A program made the translations under genes and the position numbers. The notes under the pieces were generated by a model. It saw only the letters and a program-made list of their open reading frames with translations, was not told the origin of the DNA and ran no database searches. A DNA stretch of 62,944 nt, filler included, from Chiloscyllium plagiosum (Eukaryota): the NCBI RefSeq assembly GCF_004010195.1. It is 5 parts of one record of this genome, joined end to end, with 100 filler letters (N's around TTAATTAATTAA, not from the genome) between each part and the next. Parts side by side here need not be neighbours in the genome. Positions count along the whole stretch, not along the records: positions 25,717 to 46,492 come from NC_057712.1; positions 46,593 to 61,159 come from NC_057712.1; 3 more parts are not named here. The stretch is one strand, 5' to 3'. This document shows, piece after piece, positions 37,428 through 50,657 of this stretch (positions are counted from its first letter, which is position 1; each line of letters starts with the position of its first letter).

Positions 37428-40400
37428 ATACGTTTAATTTAGGCTCAGGCTAGATGTTTGAGAATTCAAGGCTGGTGGAATTCAACTTCAGAGGTAATAC
37501 AAACACTTTAATCGAAGTCCACCCAAGGATGCCAAAATGTTCTGTGCTTTGGACATTTTGACTGGTCTATGCATTGAAAACATTTTATCCAAGTGCTTTT
37601 GTTGTTGAGGAAGACAAAGGGACACTGAATCTGGCTTGTGGTTCAACTTGATTTTATTAACAAAATATTTCTTGTTAAGAACACCATGCAAACATTTCCA
37701 AAATTCCTATGATATTTACTCTCTATCTAATTCTACCCATCCAAGAAAGTATATTATCTGAAACAATCCACATGTTTGAGCTTGGCCTTTGGAATCTCCT
37801 TCTTCTATGATGAAGGTCGGACTCTCTTCCATGAAGGTGGACCTTGAACGTCAATACAGATCGTCTCCTGGGTCATCATTCATTCTCCTGCAATGACTCT
37901 GCTGGGCACCTTTACTGAGGGGGTGGCTTCCAGCTGTGTGTTTTCATGCCTGACCACCCAGATTTTCCAGAATATTCTACTGCCTTTGATCATTTTGGTG
38001 ATAAGCAGGGTTCAAAGCATCCAGTAGTACAACACCAACACTCTTCAATGTTGCTATACCAGGAGGTGTAAAGTGCACATACTCAGGCACTGGCTGGAAG
38101 TCAAAGTGCCAGAAAGCCTGATCAATACTTCTCTAATACAGAACTTTCAGACTGGTTGTGACTAGTTCCCGCTGAGCTTTTGTGACTACTTTGACCATGC
38201 TTTCCACTGTTCTCTGTAGCTGATAGCTGCTGGCTATTTTTTAAATTTAGCTTGGTCAATTTTCTGTCAGACCAGATTTTTCTGGTTCGGGTCAATCAAG
38301 AATGTCCAATTTGGGGCCCATTGTCACTTGATTGCATGTGCAATAATTTGGATAATAACCATTGATGCACATTAGCATTGTCGAGAGTTATCATACTTGA
38401 GTATTGGAGTAGCTACCACATGAACCAAGTAACAACCAATAACTGCTGCCGGATCAGAAACATGCTGCATAAGAGTTCCAACTCTCAATAACTGCAGATT
38501 CCCCAACCATTTGCACAAACATTGTGCAAAATTTTCAGTCATCAAACAGTTTGATTCTAAAATTCTCTTCTGAATCCCCTGGGCCTTGCTGAAATCTTCC
38601 TCCAATTTCATTAGCTATCATCTCCATGTTTGCTGGTATTATGCTCTTTATTCTCATGTGTCCTCTTAGAACATTTTTCTGCAATAAAAAGGCCCTATGT
38701 ATGTATGTGTTGATTCTTGTTGTGCAAAAAGTGCTCAGTAGATACAAATATAAATGGCCAGGAGTAATTTCTCTAATTCAGAAAGGCACTAACTTAGTTC
38801 ATAAAGAGTTTAACAAGATACAATTGCAATTTTAAAAAAGCCTTACTTCTCCCAAAGCAAGTATGGACAATTCTGTCAAACCATGGAAATGTGTAATAGT
38901 TTGTCAGGTGGTCACCATATCATTTGATACTTATAGCAAGGCATTCCGCATTATATTATTTCAGTATGCTCATTCACCAATTCCTAGTACTCTCTAGTTT
39001 TATTTCAAGATTTCCGTTGTGATTGTTATATTTACTGTTTTGAGGTAATTGGGATGAGATAATGCTCAGGGGTATGACACTTGTAAGGCCCTTTGACCCT
39101 TGTCCATACAAGACTTCAACAGTCTGATTTACGAGAACAAGTTGAAACAAACCTTTCAATCAAAAAAAAGTGGGTGCATTATGCAGCATAACTGACAGCA
39201 AAAGAAAATGAATTGCTTGAGAAAAAATACTATTTCACAGAACAACTTATACAGTCAGGTAAGTAAATAGCGCTTAAATTTTAACATCCTTCTGTTGGGG
39301 TGGATCATTGGTAGCTTTTAACTGCACTGATGAAGTCAGTAACATTTACTTATTTAGTAATTTGATTTCAATATTTGCTTTTAGACAGGTAGACTTGCTC
39401 AACATCTTCGAAATCTGCTGTATTGTTACGCAAAAAAGCCATTATAAGAAACGCTAGCGTTTTGAGGATTTTGTTATTTACAAATATAAAACTTGATTTA
39501 ACAAGTTTCATGTGCTTCTATTTAACTTAAATAAGATGATACATTTTACTTTTTTTGAAATGTATAATTGTCATTGTGATTATGCTTATGTATGTGATGC
39601 TTGGTAACTCAAGATATGAAAAATATCAACAATTTGAAACTCAAGATAGGTTATTTTAAAACAGTATGAATAAAACTTGGCATGTTTTATTTTTCAAAAA
39701 GCATCAAAAATCCATTCATACAGAAAATATTATGTGACTTCCACTGAAATCATCTGGTAACAGCTTTACTGATGAGTTAGCATGGAAATGATCTTTTTTT
39801 CAAAATGTATTTGAGCCTGACTGCAAAAGATCAAAACTAAATACATTATGTATACACAAATAATTTTTTAGCATTTAATATACCTGACCTGTCCAAAATT
39901 TCAACTGTCCTAGATCATGGTCATCACTGAGACTAATCTCCAGAGACATACGTAGAAATGTATTAGCTGTTTATCAACTTACAGAAACATGTGGCTGATT
40001 ATTAGCAATACTGATTAGTACAATGTATGTCAGTGACAAATCTGATGTTTTGAAAGATTTTGATATACAAAATAAATGATTTTAGTCAATCATGACAGAA
40101 CTTTCCTTTAAATAATGGTGTATGCTAACTACAGATTTCATAAAATATCAATTTGAAAATACAAATTTACAGTAAAGAAGCCCTTTGACATGCAATAAGG
40201 TGATATGTTATTTCGTGAAACAGCTTCTGGCAAGTTGGAGTCTTACACCTAGGAAGAAAGAACTAATTAGTCATTCAATATTAAAATCAGCAGTCTATTG
40301 AACTTCTGCCAGAACAAATTAAAAATATAATCCCCATGTATTTATTTGCTCTCTTCACAATAAACATTGTGCCATTCTGCAGTCTCTCAGATCCAGACAG

Positions 40401-40949
40401 TTTGTTTCTCAATTGATAAAGGTGGGAATATGCCAGGATCACTTACATAAACTACTGGAAATGAAAGCAGCTTATTTGCACAATTCTAAACTCACTTCTT
40501 CTACTTTAATAGATTCACTTCCTCCAAACTGCTTGGCAAACTTTGTTCTCAGCTGTTATCTTTATTTTTATTCTTTCCATTACTTTTTCGGATATGTCCA
40601 CATACAGTATTCTCTACAGGCTATCAGAGGGGACTTTCCAAGTCTTAAGATCTGCATGCACCTTGAGATGAAAACAATGCTCCCGGAGGCACTCAGTTCT
40701 GAGAGATGACATGTCGCAAAATGTTGGTTGCTCCAGGGTTTCAAAATCATCACCTGGGATAAGCTGTGCAGGTTACCAAACCCAAATAAGAATGCAGGCA
40801 CTCTACTGGAATATTGAGGTGCAAGGTGTTCTCAAAACCAACTGGAAGTGTTTAGGCCAGCATAAGTGCAAACTATTTCAATTGGAAACAGCCTATAACC
40901 GAGTACTCAGTGGCAAGGTATCAATGATAGTGTGAACTACCATAAGTAG

Positions 40950-42354
40950 TGCCAAATACCCTCAGATGTATTTGGCCTGAGAGAGGTGAGCTTGGTATTT
41001 TGAGGGGCATTGCTGCAAAGGAAAACAAGTACTTGCAACTGAAGCTGTCTGCTGTACACCGAGGACTTATAGATTTATAACAGACGAGATGACAAACATG
41101 TGATAAAATCTACAGGCCAGGGATTGGTAATGACATTAAAAACGTGAGCGAAGATGTGCAAGGCATGCCAGAACCACCAGCCTCAGCAACAAAGAGAATA
41201 TCTACAACCACTCAAGATTCCATAAAACCTTTAGTCCAAAATCACACCTGATCTATTTATTTTCTATGGAGACAACTTCAGCCTTGACAATGATTATTTC
41301 TCCAAAATTGCAATTGTTAGACAGGTAAGAAAAACTGTGGCAGACACAATGAGTGTCAATGTCAGTGTGCCTAAAGAAATAATTTCTGAAAATGGACTGC
41401 AGTACATGGGCAGCCAATTCAGGAATATGTGATTTAAATGAAGAATGAACCATGTGACATCCTCCCCACTATATCCAGATCAAATGGTGTCACTGATTTA
41501 CACCATTAAATAACTCAATCTGAAGCGTAAGACAACAAAACAAAATTTTCCTGTTGCCCTGTTATACCTCAGAGCTATATCTCTGGATATGGGGTCACTA
41601 CTGTCAGTATAGATCATGATCAGAAGTGTGAATGGCCTTCCCATGCCACTTTTTATCTAAGTTCTCCAAGATGGTAAACAAGGCAGAATGAAGAGAGTGT
41701 CTGACAGGTACACAGCTGCAGGACTGGCTCAATGGCAAGACAAACACTTTCAGGCACACTCTCTACATTGGGAACATGGCTAAACACAGAGATTTCTAAG
41801 CATATGGTGAGCCCTGGTCTGATGAAGTCATAGACATAAGGGTGTGTTGCTGAGGAGGAACAGAAGCCTGGTAAAGGAAGTGTACAATATCCAATTATGC
41901 ACAGCAAACCCTACACCTGGATGATGACATGGTCAACAACCATCACACTGACAAAGAACAGCCAAGAACAGACAAGGACGAAATCTATTCTTCCAGGAGG
42001 TTATACTGTAAGATCTGAAAGAGTTGTCAAAATAATGTAATTTTATCTGAACTGTTAGACTTCAGTGCTTAGAAATTTCATAATTTTCATCTCAATATCT
42101 AATTTTGCTATTATGCAATGTTTATATGTTTGTACTTGTAAATTACAAGAGCTAAACTTGTGGAACAGGGAATGTTGTGGGTGATGTCTCTTTTAAACAT
42201 GCAAATGAGTCAGGATGTTGTCACATGATCAGTGGCATTATAGCACTTGAGACACTGTGTTTGGAGATTATTCTGTATTATGTATATCGGTTTAGCATTA
42301 AATAAACTCACTGGAGATCTTCAAGTTAATGAAATGTATCCCATTTATGTTACA
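40950..42354 (+). mobile_element. Gypsy LTR-retrotransposon 3' remnant (integrase and probable 3' LTR about 42172-42354)
   Basis: YRPGIGNDIKN...CKACQ, ISENGLQYMGSQF, HVTSSP(H)YP.SNG. A purine tract GGAACAGGGAA precedes TG...AATAAA...CA. Confidence 0.7.
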
Positions 42355-42565
42355 TGTAGATTATTGCTTAATTAATTAGTTAATTAAGCGATCTTTCTGC
42401 TAAGTGTAACCTCAGGATGTCAAGCAGCAAAGGTTAGATTCTTTTTAGGCTGGTTATTTCCTGGCACTTGTGTAGTGTGATTATTACTGACACTTATTAG
42501 TCCAAGCCTGAATGTTGTCTAGGCCTTAGTGCATTTGGCCATGGAATGCTTCAGTATTTTAGGAA

Positions 42566-43185
42566 TCATAGAGTCATAGAGACATACAGCAAAGAAACAG
42601 ACTCTTCAGTCCAACTCGTCCATGCCGACCAGAGATCCCAATCCAATCTAGTCCCACCTGCTAGCACCTGGTTCATATTCCTCCAAACCCTTCTTATTCA
42701 TATACCCATCCAAATGCTTCTTAAATATTGCAATTGTACTAGCCTCCGCCACATCCTTTGGTAGCTCATTCCATACACATACTACCCTCTGAGTGAAAAA
42801 AGTTGCCTCTTAGGTCTCTTTTATATCTTTCCCCTCTTACCCTAAATACCTATGCCCTTTAGTTCAGGACTCCCCCACCCAGGGAAAAGACTTTGTCTAT
42901 TTATCCTATCTATGCCCCTCATGATTTTATAAATCTCTATGAGGTCACTCCTCAGCCTCCGACACTCCAGGGAAAACATCCCTAACCTATTCAACCTCTC
43001 CCTATAGCTCAATTCCTCCAACCCTGGCAACATCCTTGTAAATCTTTTCTGAACCCTTTCACAATATCTTCCTGATAGGAAGGAGACCAGAATTGCAAGC
43101 AATATTCCAACAGTGGCCTAACCAATGTCCTGTACAGCTGCAACATGACCTCCCAAGTCCTGTACTCAATACTCTGACCAATAAA
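42566..43185 (-). mobile_element. CR1 LINE 3' fragment
   Basis: LYRTLVRPLLEYCLQFWSP, ERVQKRFTRMLPGLEELSYRERLNRLG. Confidence 0.92.
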
Positions 43186-43189
43186 CAAT

Positions 43190-45060
43190 TGGTGAACATC
43201 ATCAATCATCACCAAATGTCCCCACTCCTAACTTGAAGTCAGAATGTTGTCAGGGCCCACAGCTTTTGAAACATTCAGTGCCTTCAAGTCATTTCTTGAT
43301 ATCATGTAGAATGAATAAAATTGGCTGAAGGCTTGCACCCATGAGGGAAGGTAATTAATGAAGCAGCCGAAGATGGATGAGCCTAGGACAAATATCTACC
43401 AGATCCACTAGTTAATCCTTATCTGTGAGTTCTCTTATGGTGCAATGGTAGCATCTCTACCTCTGAACAAGGATTCAGATTCATGTTCTACCAGCTCCAG
43501 ATTGTTATAACATCTCTGAATGGGTTGGTTTGAAAATATCTACCCTGAGGAACTACAGCAGTGATTCATGGAACTGAGATGACTGACCTCTAACAACCAT
43601 AACCATCTTCTTTTTTGTTCGCTATGACTCTAACCAGTGGAGAGCTCCCTTCCCACTACCTCCCCCAAATCCCCCACTACTGCCCTGAATTCCATTACTT
43701 CTGGTTTTGCTTGGGCTCCTTGATGCTATTGTCAGTCAATCACTCCCTTGGTGTCAATAATGGTTACTGTCACTTACCCTGAGTTCAGCTTATTTTGTCC
43801 ATGTTTGGACCGAGGCTGTAATGAAGTCAGGCTACAACCATGATCCAAGCTAAGTGTCAACAAGCAGGTATTCGTTGAATAAATGCTGCTCATAGCACTG
43901 ACAATAATACCTTGTGTCATTATGCTAATGAATTAGAGTAGACTGCTACATGGTAATTGGGTAGGTTGGACTTATCCACTATTTGTAGTGGATATACTTG
44001 GGCAATTTTCCATATTTCGAGGTGGATACCAGTCTTATAACTGTACTAGAGCAGTTTGTCTTGCGATATAGCTAGTTTTGAGCACAAGCCTTCAGTACAA
44101 GCCAGAATACTGTCAGGACCCATGGCTTTTGAAGTACCCAGTGCCTTCAGCCATTTCTGATATCATGTAGAATGAATCAAACTGGCCATGACTGGCACTC
44201 ATGATGCTGAAGAACTCAAATTGGCACTTCTGACTGGACATTGTTACAAATTCTTCAGCCTCATCTGTCATGAAAGCACTGGACTTCCCACATCATTGAG
44301 GATGGAATTATTTGTTGATTCTGCTTTTTCAGTGAATTGTACAATTGCACAGCACCATTCTCGACTCGATCTACAAAGTTTAGATCTGATCTATTGGTTG
44401 TGGGATTGCTTAACGCCATCTGCATACTCCTTATATTGTTTGGCAAGCAAGTACCATAGTTTGTTGTAGCTTCACCATTCATACTTTAATTTTCAGTTTG
44501 CGCGGTGCTGTTTCTGGCATGCCCTCTTGCACTCCTCATTGAACCAGGGTTGATCTCCACACTTGATGGTAATGATAGAGTGGGGGATATAGCCATAACA
44601 GTGAGGTTGTACATCGTGATTGAATACAATTCTGCAAATGGCCCACAGCACTTTATGAATATCTAGTTGGGAGTAACTAGAACTGTAAAAAAAATCTATC
44701 CCATTCAGCACAGCAATAGTGTTACATAAAACAATGTAGAGTATCTTCGATGTGAAGACAGGACAGTATTTTCACAAGGACTACGCAGTAGTCACTGTTC
44801 GGATTCTTACGTGGACAGACACATCTGCGACAGATAGATTGGTGAGGATGAGATTAAGTACCTTTTCTCTTCTTGTGGTTCCCTGACCACCTGCCTCAAG
44901 TTTAGTCTGGCAGCTATGTTCTTTAGGTTAGCCTGGTCAGTAGAGTGCTAATCTTAGTAACTGACATTGAAATCACTCATCCATTTCACACTGTACCTTT
45001 GTCACCCACTACATCCAAGTGAGGTTCAACATGCAGGAGAATCAATTCATCAATTCACTG
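43190..45060 (-). mobile_element. Old CR1/L2-clade LINE ORF2 fragments
   Basis: Homologous to 21.9-22.4 kb (GAGATGACTGACC..AACAACC..AACCATCTTC); IPHSIITIKCGDQPWFNEECKRAC. Confidence 0.7.
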
Positions 45061-45099
45061 TTCAATTCATCAGTCAAGTGCATAGACAGGGTTTGGGTG

Positions 45100-46286
45100 G
45101 GATAGATGTGGATGAGGAGGAACGCGACAGATACCTAAATATTTTAAAGGATGCCCTCATAAGAATGGAATATGATGCTCTACTCATTGATCACCAGTTC
45201 CAATATGCTACAACGAAAAACCACAACAACGTCCTCAGAAGACAGATACAGGATATGACCTATAGAGTAACCTTTGTCGTCCAGTACTTCCCCAAAGCAG
45301 AGAACTACACCATGTGCTTTGTAGCCTTCAACATGTCACCAATGACAAGCAACTCACCAAGATCATTCCCATACCTCCACTTCTCACCTTCAAATAACCA
45401 TCCAACCTTAAACAGATCAAGATTCACAGCAAACTACCCAGCCTTGAGGCCAACATTGACCACAACACCACACAACTCTGCAACAGCAACTGCTGCAAAA
45501 CATGTCAGATCATAGACATGGATATTACTATCACAGATGCGAACACCACCCATCAAGTACACAGTAGATACTCATGTGACTCGGCCAACGTTATCTTTCT
45601 CATATGCTGTAGACAAGGATGTCTGAAGGTGTGGTATATTGGTGGGACCATGCAGATACTACAATGGATGAATGGACACTGTTCAAAATTGACAACAGGA
45701 ATGTTCTCTCCTCCTCAGGGAACTCTTCAGCAATCAAGGACATTCAGTCTCCGATCTTCAGGTAAGCAGCCTTCGAGATACACAACAACACAGGATCGCT
45801 GAGCAGAAACTGATAGCCAAGTTCCATATCCATGAAGAATGCTCCAACTGTGATCTTTGGTTCATGTTGTGCTACATGAGACCCCATCGCACTGTTCTTT
45901 ATCTGTATCTATTTTGACACCATCACCCTGATAAATTGTTATGATTTCTCCACCTTAATTAGTTTGTACAGTTTTGGATGACATATTACTATGGTTATAG
46001 CTATGTTGTTCTAGTCATTTGATTTGTCTCCAGCACCACTTTATTTTTAATTTTTTGTAATTATCCCTCTGCCTCATTTAATCAGGTTGTAGGTTATTCC
46101 TTTGCTCGTTATTCAACTGTTAACACTTTACTCACACCATCTGACACTCTTGATCACCTGCAGAGGCCTATTATTCAGCCTGTTGGCACTCCATTCACAA
46201 TGTTTTTATGATATTTTTATCCCCCTTCCCATTGATCTCTCTGCCTATAAATTCTATGCCTGTGTCCTTCTCTCCCATTTCACCTG
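45100..46286 (+). mobile_element. Penelope-like element (family B-related), C-terminal half
   Basis: DEEERDRYLNILKDALIRMEY..., YSCDSANVIFLICCRQGCLKVWYIGGT (GIY-YIG), IAEQKLIAKF. Confidence 0.85.
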
Positions 46287-46289
46287 ACC

Positions 46290-46492
46290 TTTGCATCAAC
46301 CAATCCCTCTACACCTCCATCTGCCATGACCAGGGCCTCCAAGCCCTCCGTTTTTTCCTCTCCAGACGTCCCCAACAGTACCCTTCCACCGACACTCTCA
46401 TTTGTTTGGCCGAACTGGTCCTCACCCTTAACAATTTCTCCTTTGAATCCTCCCACTTCCTCCAGACCAAAGGGGTAGCCATGGGCACACAT
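46290..46492 (+). mobile_element. Penelope family-A RT fragment cut by contig end
   Basis: QSLYTSICHDQGLQALRFFL...LAELVLTLNNFSFESSHFLQTKGVAMGT. Confidence 0.9.
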
Positions 46493-46592
46493 NNNNNNNN
46501 NNNNNNNNNNNNNNNNNNNNNNNNNNNNNNNNNNNNTTAATTAATTAANNNNNNNNNNNNNNNNNNNNNNNNNNNNNNNNNNNNNNNNNNNN
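46493..46592. other. Artificial contig-join linker
   Basis: 44 N + TTAATTAATTAA + 44 N. Confidence 0.97.
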
Positions 46593-47519
46593 TCTTCGTC
46601 CCAACCTGCCTATGCTGCCCAATTTTCACATTTAAACAATTCCCATTTGCCTGCGTTTGCCCCATTTCCCTCCATACCTGTCCCATTCGTGTATTTCTCC
46701 CAAATGCTACTTAAGTGACAAAATTGTACTTATCCCCACCACGACATCAGCCAGCCTGTCTCAGACAATCATCCCCTTTGTGTGAACAAATGCTCCCGGA
46801 CTCTTTTGTATTTCTGTCCTCTCACGTTTAAGCTATGCCTTCTTCTTTTAGACTGCCAGATGGTCAGGACACATTGCGGTACTGAGTGTAGTTCTGGTCG
46901 TCATAGTATAGAGAGGACGCATTTGAACTGGAAAAAGGGCAAAGAATGACGACAATTCTACCTGGAATGGATGATTTGCGTTACAAGAAGAGGGTGGGAT
47001 TACTTTCAATGGAACATAGGAGAATGAGGTGAGAACTTACAGAGATAGATAAGTTATTTTTCCCCAGGATAGATGCAGATTTTCGCCAGGATAGAGGATA
47101 TTGCCTTTGATATTATTAAAGGAAATCATATTTATGCATCAAGTCTAGCTCAGTTTCTACTTAATTGCCCCTCACTCCCAGAGGACATGATAAAGGAGAT
47201 TCAGTAACGATCGTAACACTGGATTTCATGTTATGCTGGTGAGATTTAAAAATGCGTCTCAAGAAGGAAGTTTAACATCCATGTCGAGGAAACATCAGCC
47301 CCAGCACTGATGAGGTAAGGGGTATTGAGGCAGGTGGAGTGATGCACTTGGGATGGACAAACAAGGCACTGAAATAAGTGATGAAGTCTCGGACACTACG
47401 AAACGCCCAAGGATCAGAAAGACCTTGATATATGTTTCTGCCAGTCCCTGAATATATAAGGACAGTTGGACAAGGAAGGGATATGGGAAGCATGCGTTTA
47501 CTAGTCTGACATTCTCTTT

Positions 47520-47900
47520 GTGACCTGAGGTTTGCTTTCTCTCTCCCTCTCTTCCTTTCTGTCTGTCTGTCTCTCACTCTCTCTCTGTTGCTCTCGAGCT
47601 GTCTGTTGCTCTTTCCTTATTCTCTCACCCCCTCCCTCTGTCTGTCAGTGTTTCCTCGGTTTCTCACTATCTGTCCTTCTCTAATATCTCACTCTGTATC
47701 CTGTCTGACAGTTTTTCTCTTGTCCTTTCACTACATCTTACTGCATATGCTTCTCTCGTTCTGTGCCATCCTCTGACCGTCTTTCTCTCGTTCTGTCCGT
47801 CCCTCGTTCTCTCGATGTCTTCTTCTGTTCTTTGTCTTCTTACTGTCTCTGTCAAGTCTTCTCTCTATGTCTTTATACTTTTTCTCTCCATCTTCTCCAT
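47520..47900. repeat. Degenerate CT-rich low-complexity tract
   Basis: (CT)n and (CTGT)n runs. Confidence 0.8.
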
Positions 47901-49112
47901 GGATCACTCTGCTCTATCCCAGTGATTGCGATGGGACGTGGGAGGATTTGGACTCAGTGCCACAGTGCGCTAGACAACTCACTTTTCACCCCGTCTCTTC
48001 TGGGTATTTATCCCAATGTCGTGAGGCGGTGAGTGGATGTGTCATGAAGCTTCTTTCTCATTGTGTGTGTGGCCGAGGATAGCTGCAGACTTCGATCTTG
48101 CTGTGCATTATAGCAGTTAGTCACAGGCCAGTCAGTCCTCACAGATTCATTTAACTCAGCCACAGGGAATGGGTCTTAGCGCAACAAAACATTTGCGCAG
48201 ATACATTTGTACAGGCAAATATCTGGGGAAGAGTATAAACTTGGGAAGGTAGTAAAATAGGGGCANNNNNNNNNNNNNNNNNNNNNNNNNNNNNNNNNNN
48301 NNNNNNNNNNNNNNNNNNNNNNNNNNNNNNNNNNNNNNNNNNNNNNNNNNNNNNNNNNNNNNNNNNNNNNNNNNNNNNNNNNNNNNNNNNNNNNNNNNNN
48401 NNNNNNNNNNNNNNNNNNNNNNNNNNNNNNNNNNNNNNNNNNNNNNNNNNNNNNNNNNNNNNNNNNNNNNNNNNNNNNNNNNNNNNNNNNNNNNNNNNNN
48501 NNNNNNNNNNNNNNNNNNNNNNNNNNNNNNNNNNNNNNNNNNNNNNNNNNNNNNNNNNNNNNNNNNNNNNNNNNNNNNNNNNNNNNNNNNNNNNNNNNNN
48601 NNNNNNNNNNNNNNNNNNNNNNNNNNNNNNNNNNNNNNNNNNNNNNNNNNNNNNNNNNNNNNNNNNNNNNNNNNNNNNNNNNNNNNNNNNNNNNNNNNNN
48701 NNNNNNNNNNNNNNNNNNNNNNNNNNNNNNNNNNNNNNNNNNNNNNNNNNNNNNNNNNNNNNNNNAATTGACAGAGCCCATTTGTGGTTACAATCGCACA
48801 AATTTCTATCACCATCTTTGATAAAGGTACATGCCAGTAACCACGTAGTCAGTCCAACTTGGTGATGTAATTGGTTTGTTCAACTTTCTCGGTACAGTTC
48901 TCCAATCTCGGAATTGAAATTGTGTCCGATTTTGTAATGGTCGTTGACCTTCTGATAATCTATGCAAAATCATTGAGTCCCGTCAGGTTTGGGAACTAAA
49001 ACAAATGCTCAGTTCCATGCTATCTGCGCGATTATGGCTACCTCCTTCTGGACCTGTATGGCTTCGAAAGGATTAAGCGGATAGAGGTGTTGCTTTATTG
49101 GAGCGGTATTCC

Positions 49113-49337
49113 TAACGTGAAGTTGCGAACCGCAGATGCTCAAGGTCAGAGTCAAGAGTGTGGTGCTCGAACATCTCAGCATGTCGGGCAGCAATGAGGA
49201 ACAGGAGAATCAATGTTTGAAACCTAAGCGTTTTCATCAGGATTCCTGATGAATGACTTATGCCCGAAACGTTGGTTCTCCTGCTCCACGAATGCTGCCT
49301 GACTTTCTGTGTTTTTCCAGCACCACAGTCTTGACCC
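49113..49337. mobile_element. Fold-back Penelope tail inserted in the Gypsy
   Basis: Palindrome centred on TTCATCAGGA-T-TCCTGATGAA; 9-bp duplication CGGTATTCC at 49104-49112 and 49338-49346. Confidence 0.85.
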
Positions 49338-50622
49338 CGGTATTCCATACCTCCACTTCATGTACAATAGCATTTGTCCTCCCCATCTGATTCTTACATA
49401 TTTCCTTAGACTGCATGAGAAAGCTTTTGAACTGCATTCTATGCTCCTGAGAGAGATAGCGTACCAAACTATTCCACTTCTCAAGGACATCTTCATTTTT
49501 TCAAATCTATTTGGAGACACATCAAAATCCACATCGGGATTCGATTCCTCATTCTGAACGGCAGTAACAAACTCCCGTTTCTCAAGTTCATTCTCTGTAG
49601 TATAATACGGTTTCAACATGTTCACATGACATACCTAATACCATTTTTTTTCCTATCTGACATCTTTACAGGATAGTTCACCTGACTCAACCTTTTCTCA
49701 ATTTGATAGGGACCACTAAGCCTGGCTTTGAATGGATCTCCTATGACTCGTTACAGTACTAACACGTCATCCCCTCGGGAAAAAATCCAACGCTCAGAGA
49801 TTTTATCTGGCAGCTGCTCCATTCTTTGGTGTGCCCGCTTTACGTGTTGTTTAGCTAACTCACCTACTCGATTTAATCTCTCCCTCACCTCCGATCCATA
49901 ATCTAAGCATGAAATCTCTTGCTTTGGATCTCTTACTTAAATCGAAACAGCCTCTCACGTCATACCCGAATATTAACTCGAAGGGAGTGAACTGAGTAGA
50001 TTATTGTGGGTCGTCTCTCATAGCAAACAATATGAATGGTGTACCTTTATCCTAATCATTCTCTTAATCCTAACAGCATACTCTAAAAATGATTTTCAAG
50101 GTGTGATGCCACCTTGCTAAAGCTCCCTGCGATTCGGNNNNNNNNNNNNNNNNNNNNNNNNNNNNNNNNNNNNNNNNNNNNNNNNNNNNNNNNNNNNNNN
50201 NNNNNNNNNNNNNNNNNNNNNNNNNNNGACTTGCTGAACTTTTCCAGCACCACACGCTCAACATCCGTTATGGTTAACAAGTATTAGTTCCCTCTTGTAG
50301 TTGTTCAGATGGCACCTCTGCAAACAATTACAACCCGCATGAAAGGTCGTTCAAATGTGATCATTGTAAACAACGAAGGTTGTTGGTTTTATTACCACCT
50401 GCGGCTTACCTAGCATTGGACACTTTCAGCAAAGTTTGACCACATCCTTGCACATTCCAGGCCAAAAAAAAAGGTTTTGCACTTCACCCGAGTCTTTCGT
50501 GCCCCGAGTTCACCATTTACAAGTAGTTAATGTGCTACCTGGAACACTCCCTTCTGTGTGCTACCGGCAACACAATCTTGGGCACATCGGCCCATTTCTC
50601 CTCTGCACTGAACTAGTCCTGC

Positions 50623-50657
50623 CACCTGATGAAGGAGCGTCGCTCCGAAAGCTAGTG
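50623..50657 (+). ncRNA. Minimal type-I hammerhead ribozyme in a Penelope family-B terminus (about 50560-50750)
   Basis: CAC-CUGAUGA-A-GGAGC-GUC-GCUCC-GAAA-GC-UA-GUG: stem I CAC/GUG, 5-bp stem II, palindromic AGCU stem III, CUA cleavage triplet. Confidence 0.8.

Larger units (their letters stand above)
31200..37430 (-). mobile_element. Decayed endogenous retrovirus-like provirus (PBS - gag/pro? - RT - RNH - RNH - IN - env)
   Basis: The sub-features below are collinear on the minus strand, with many stops, frameshifts and nested insertions. No LTR pair was found. Confidence 0.8.
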
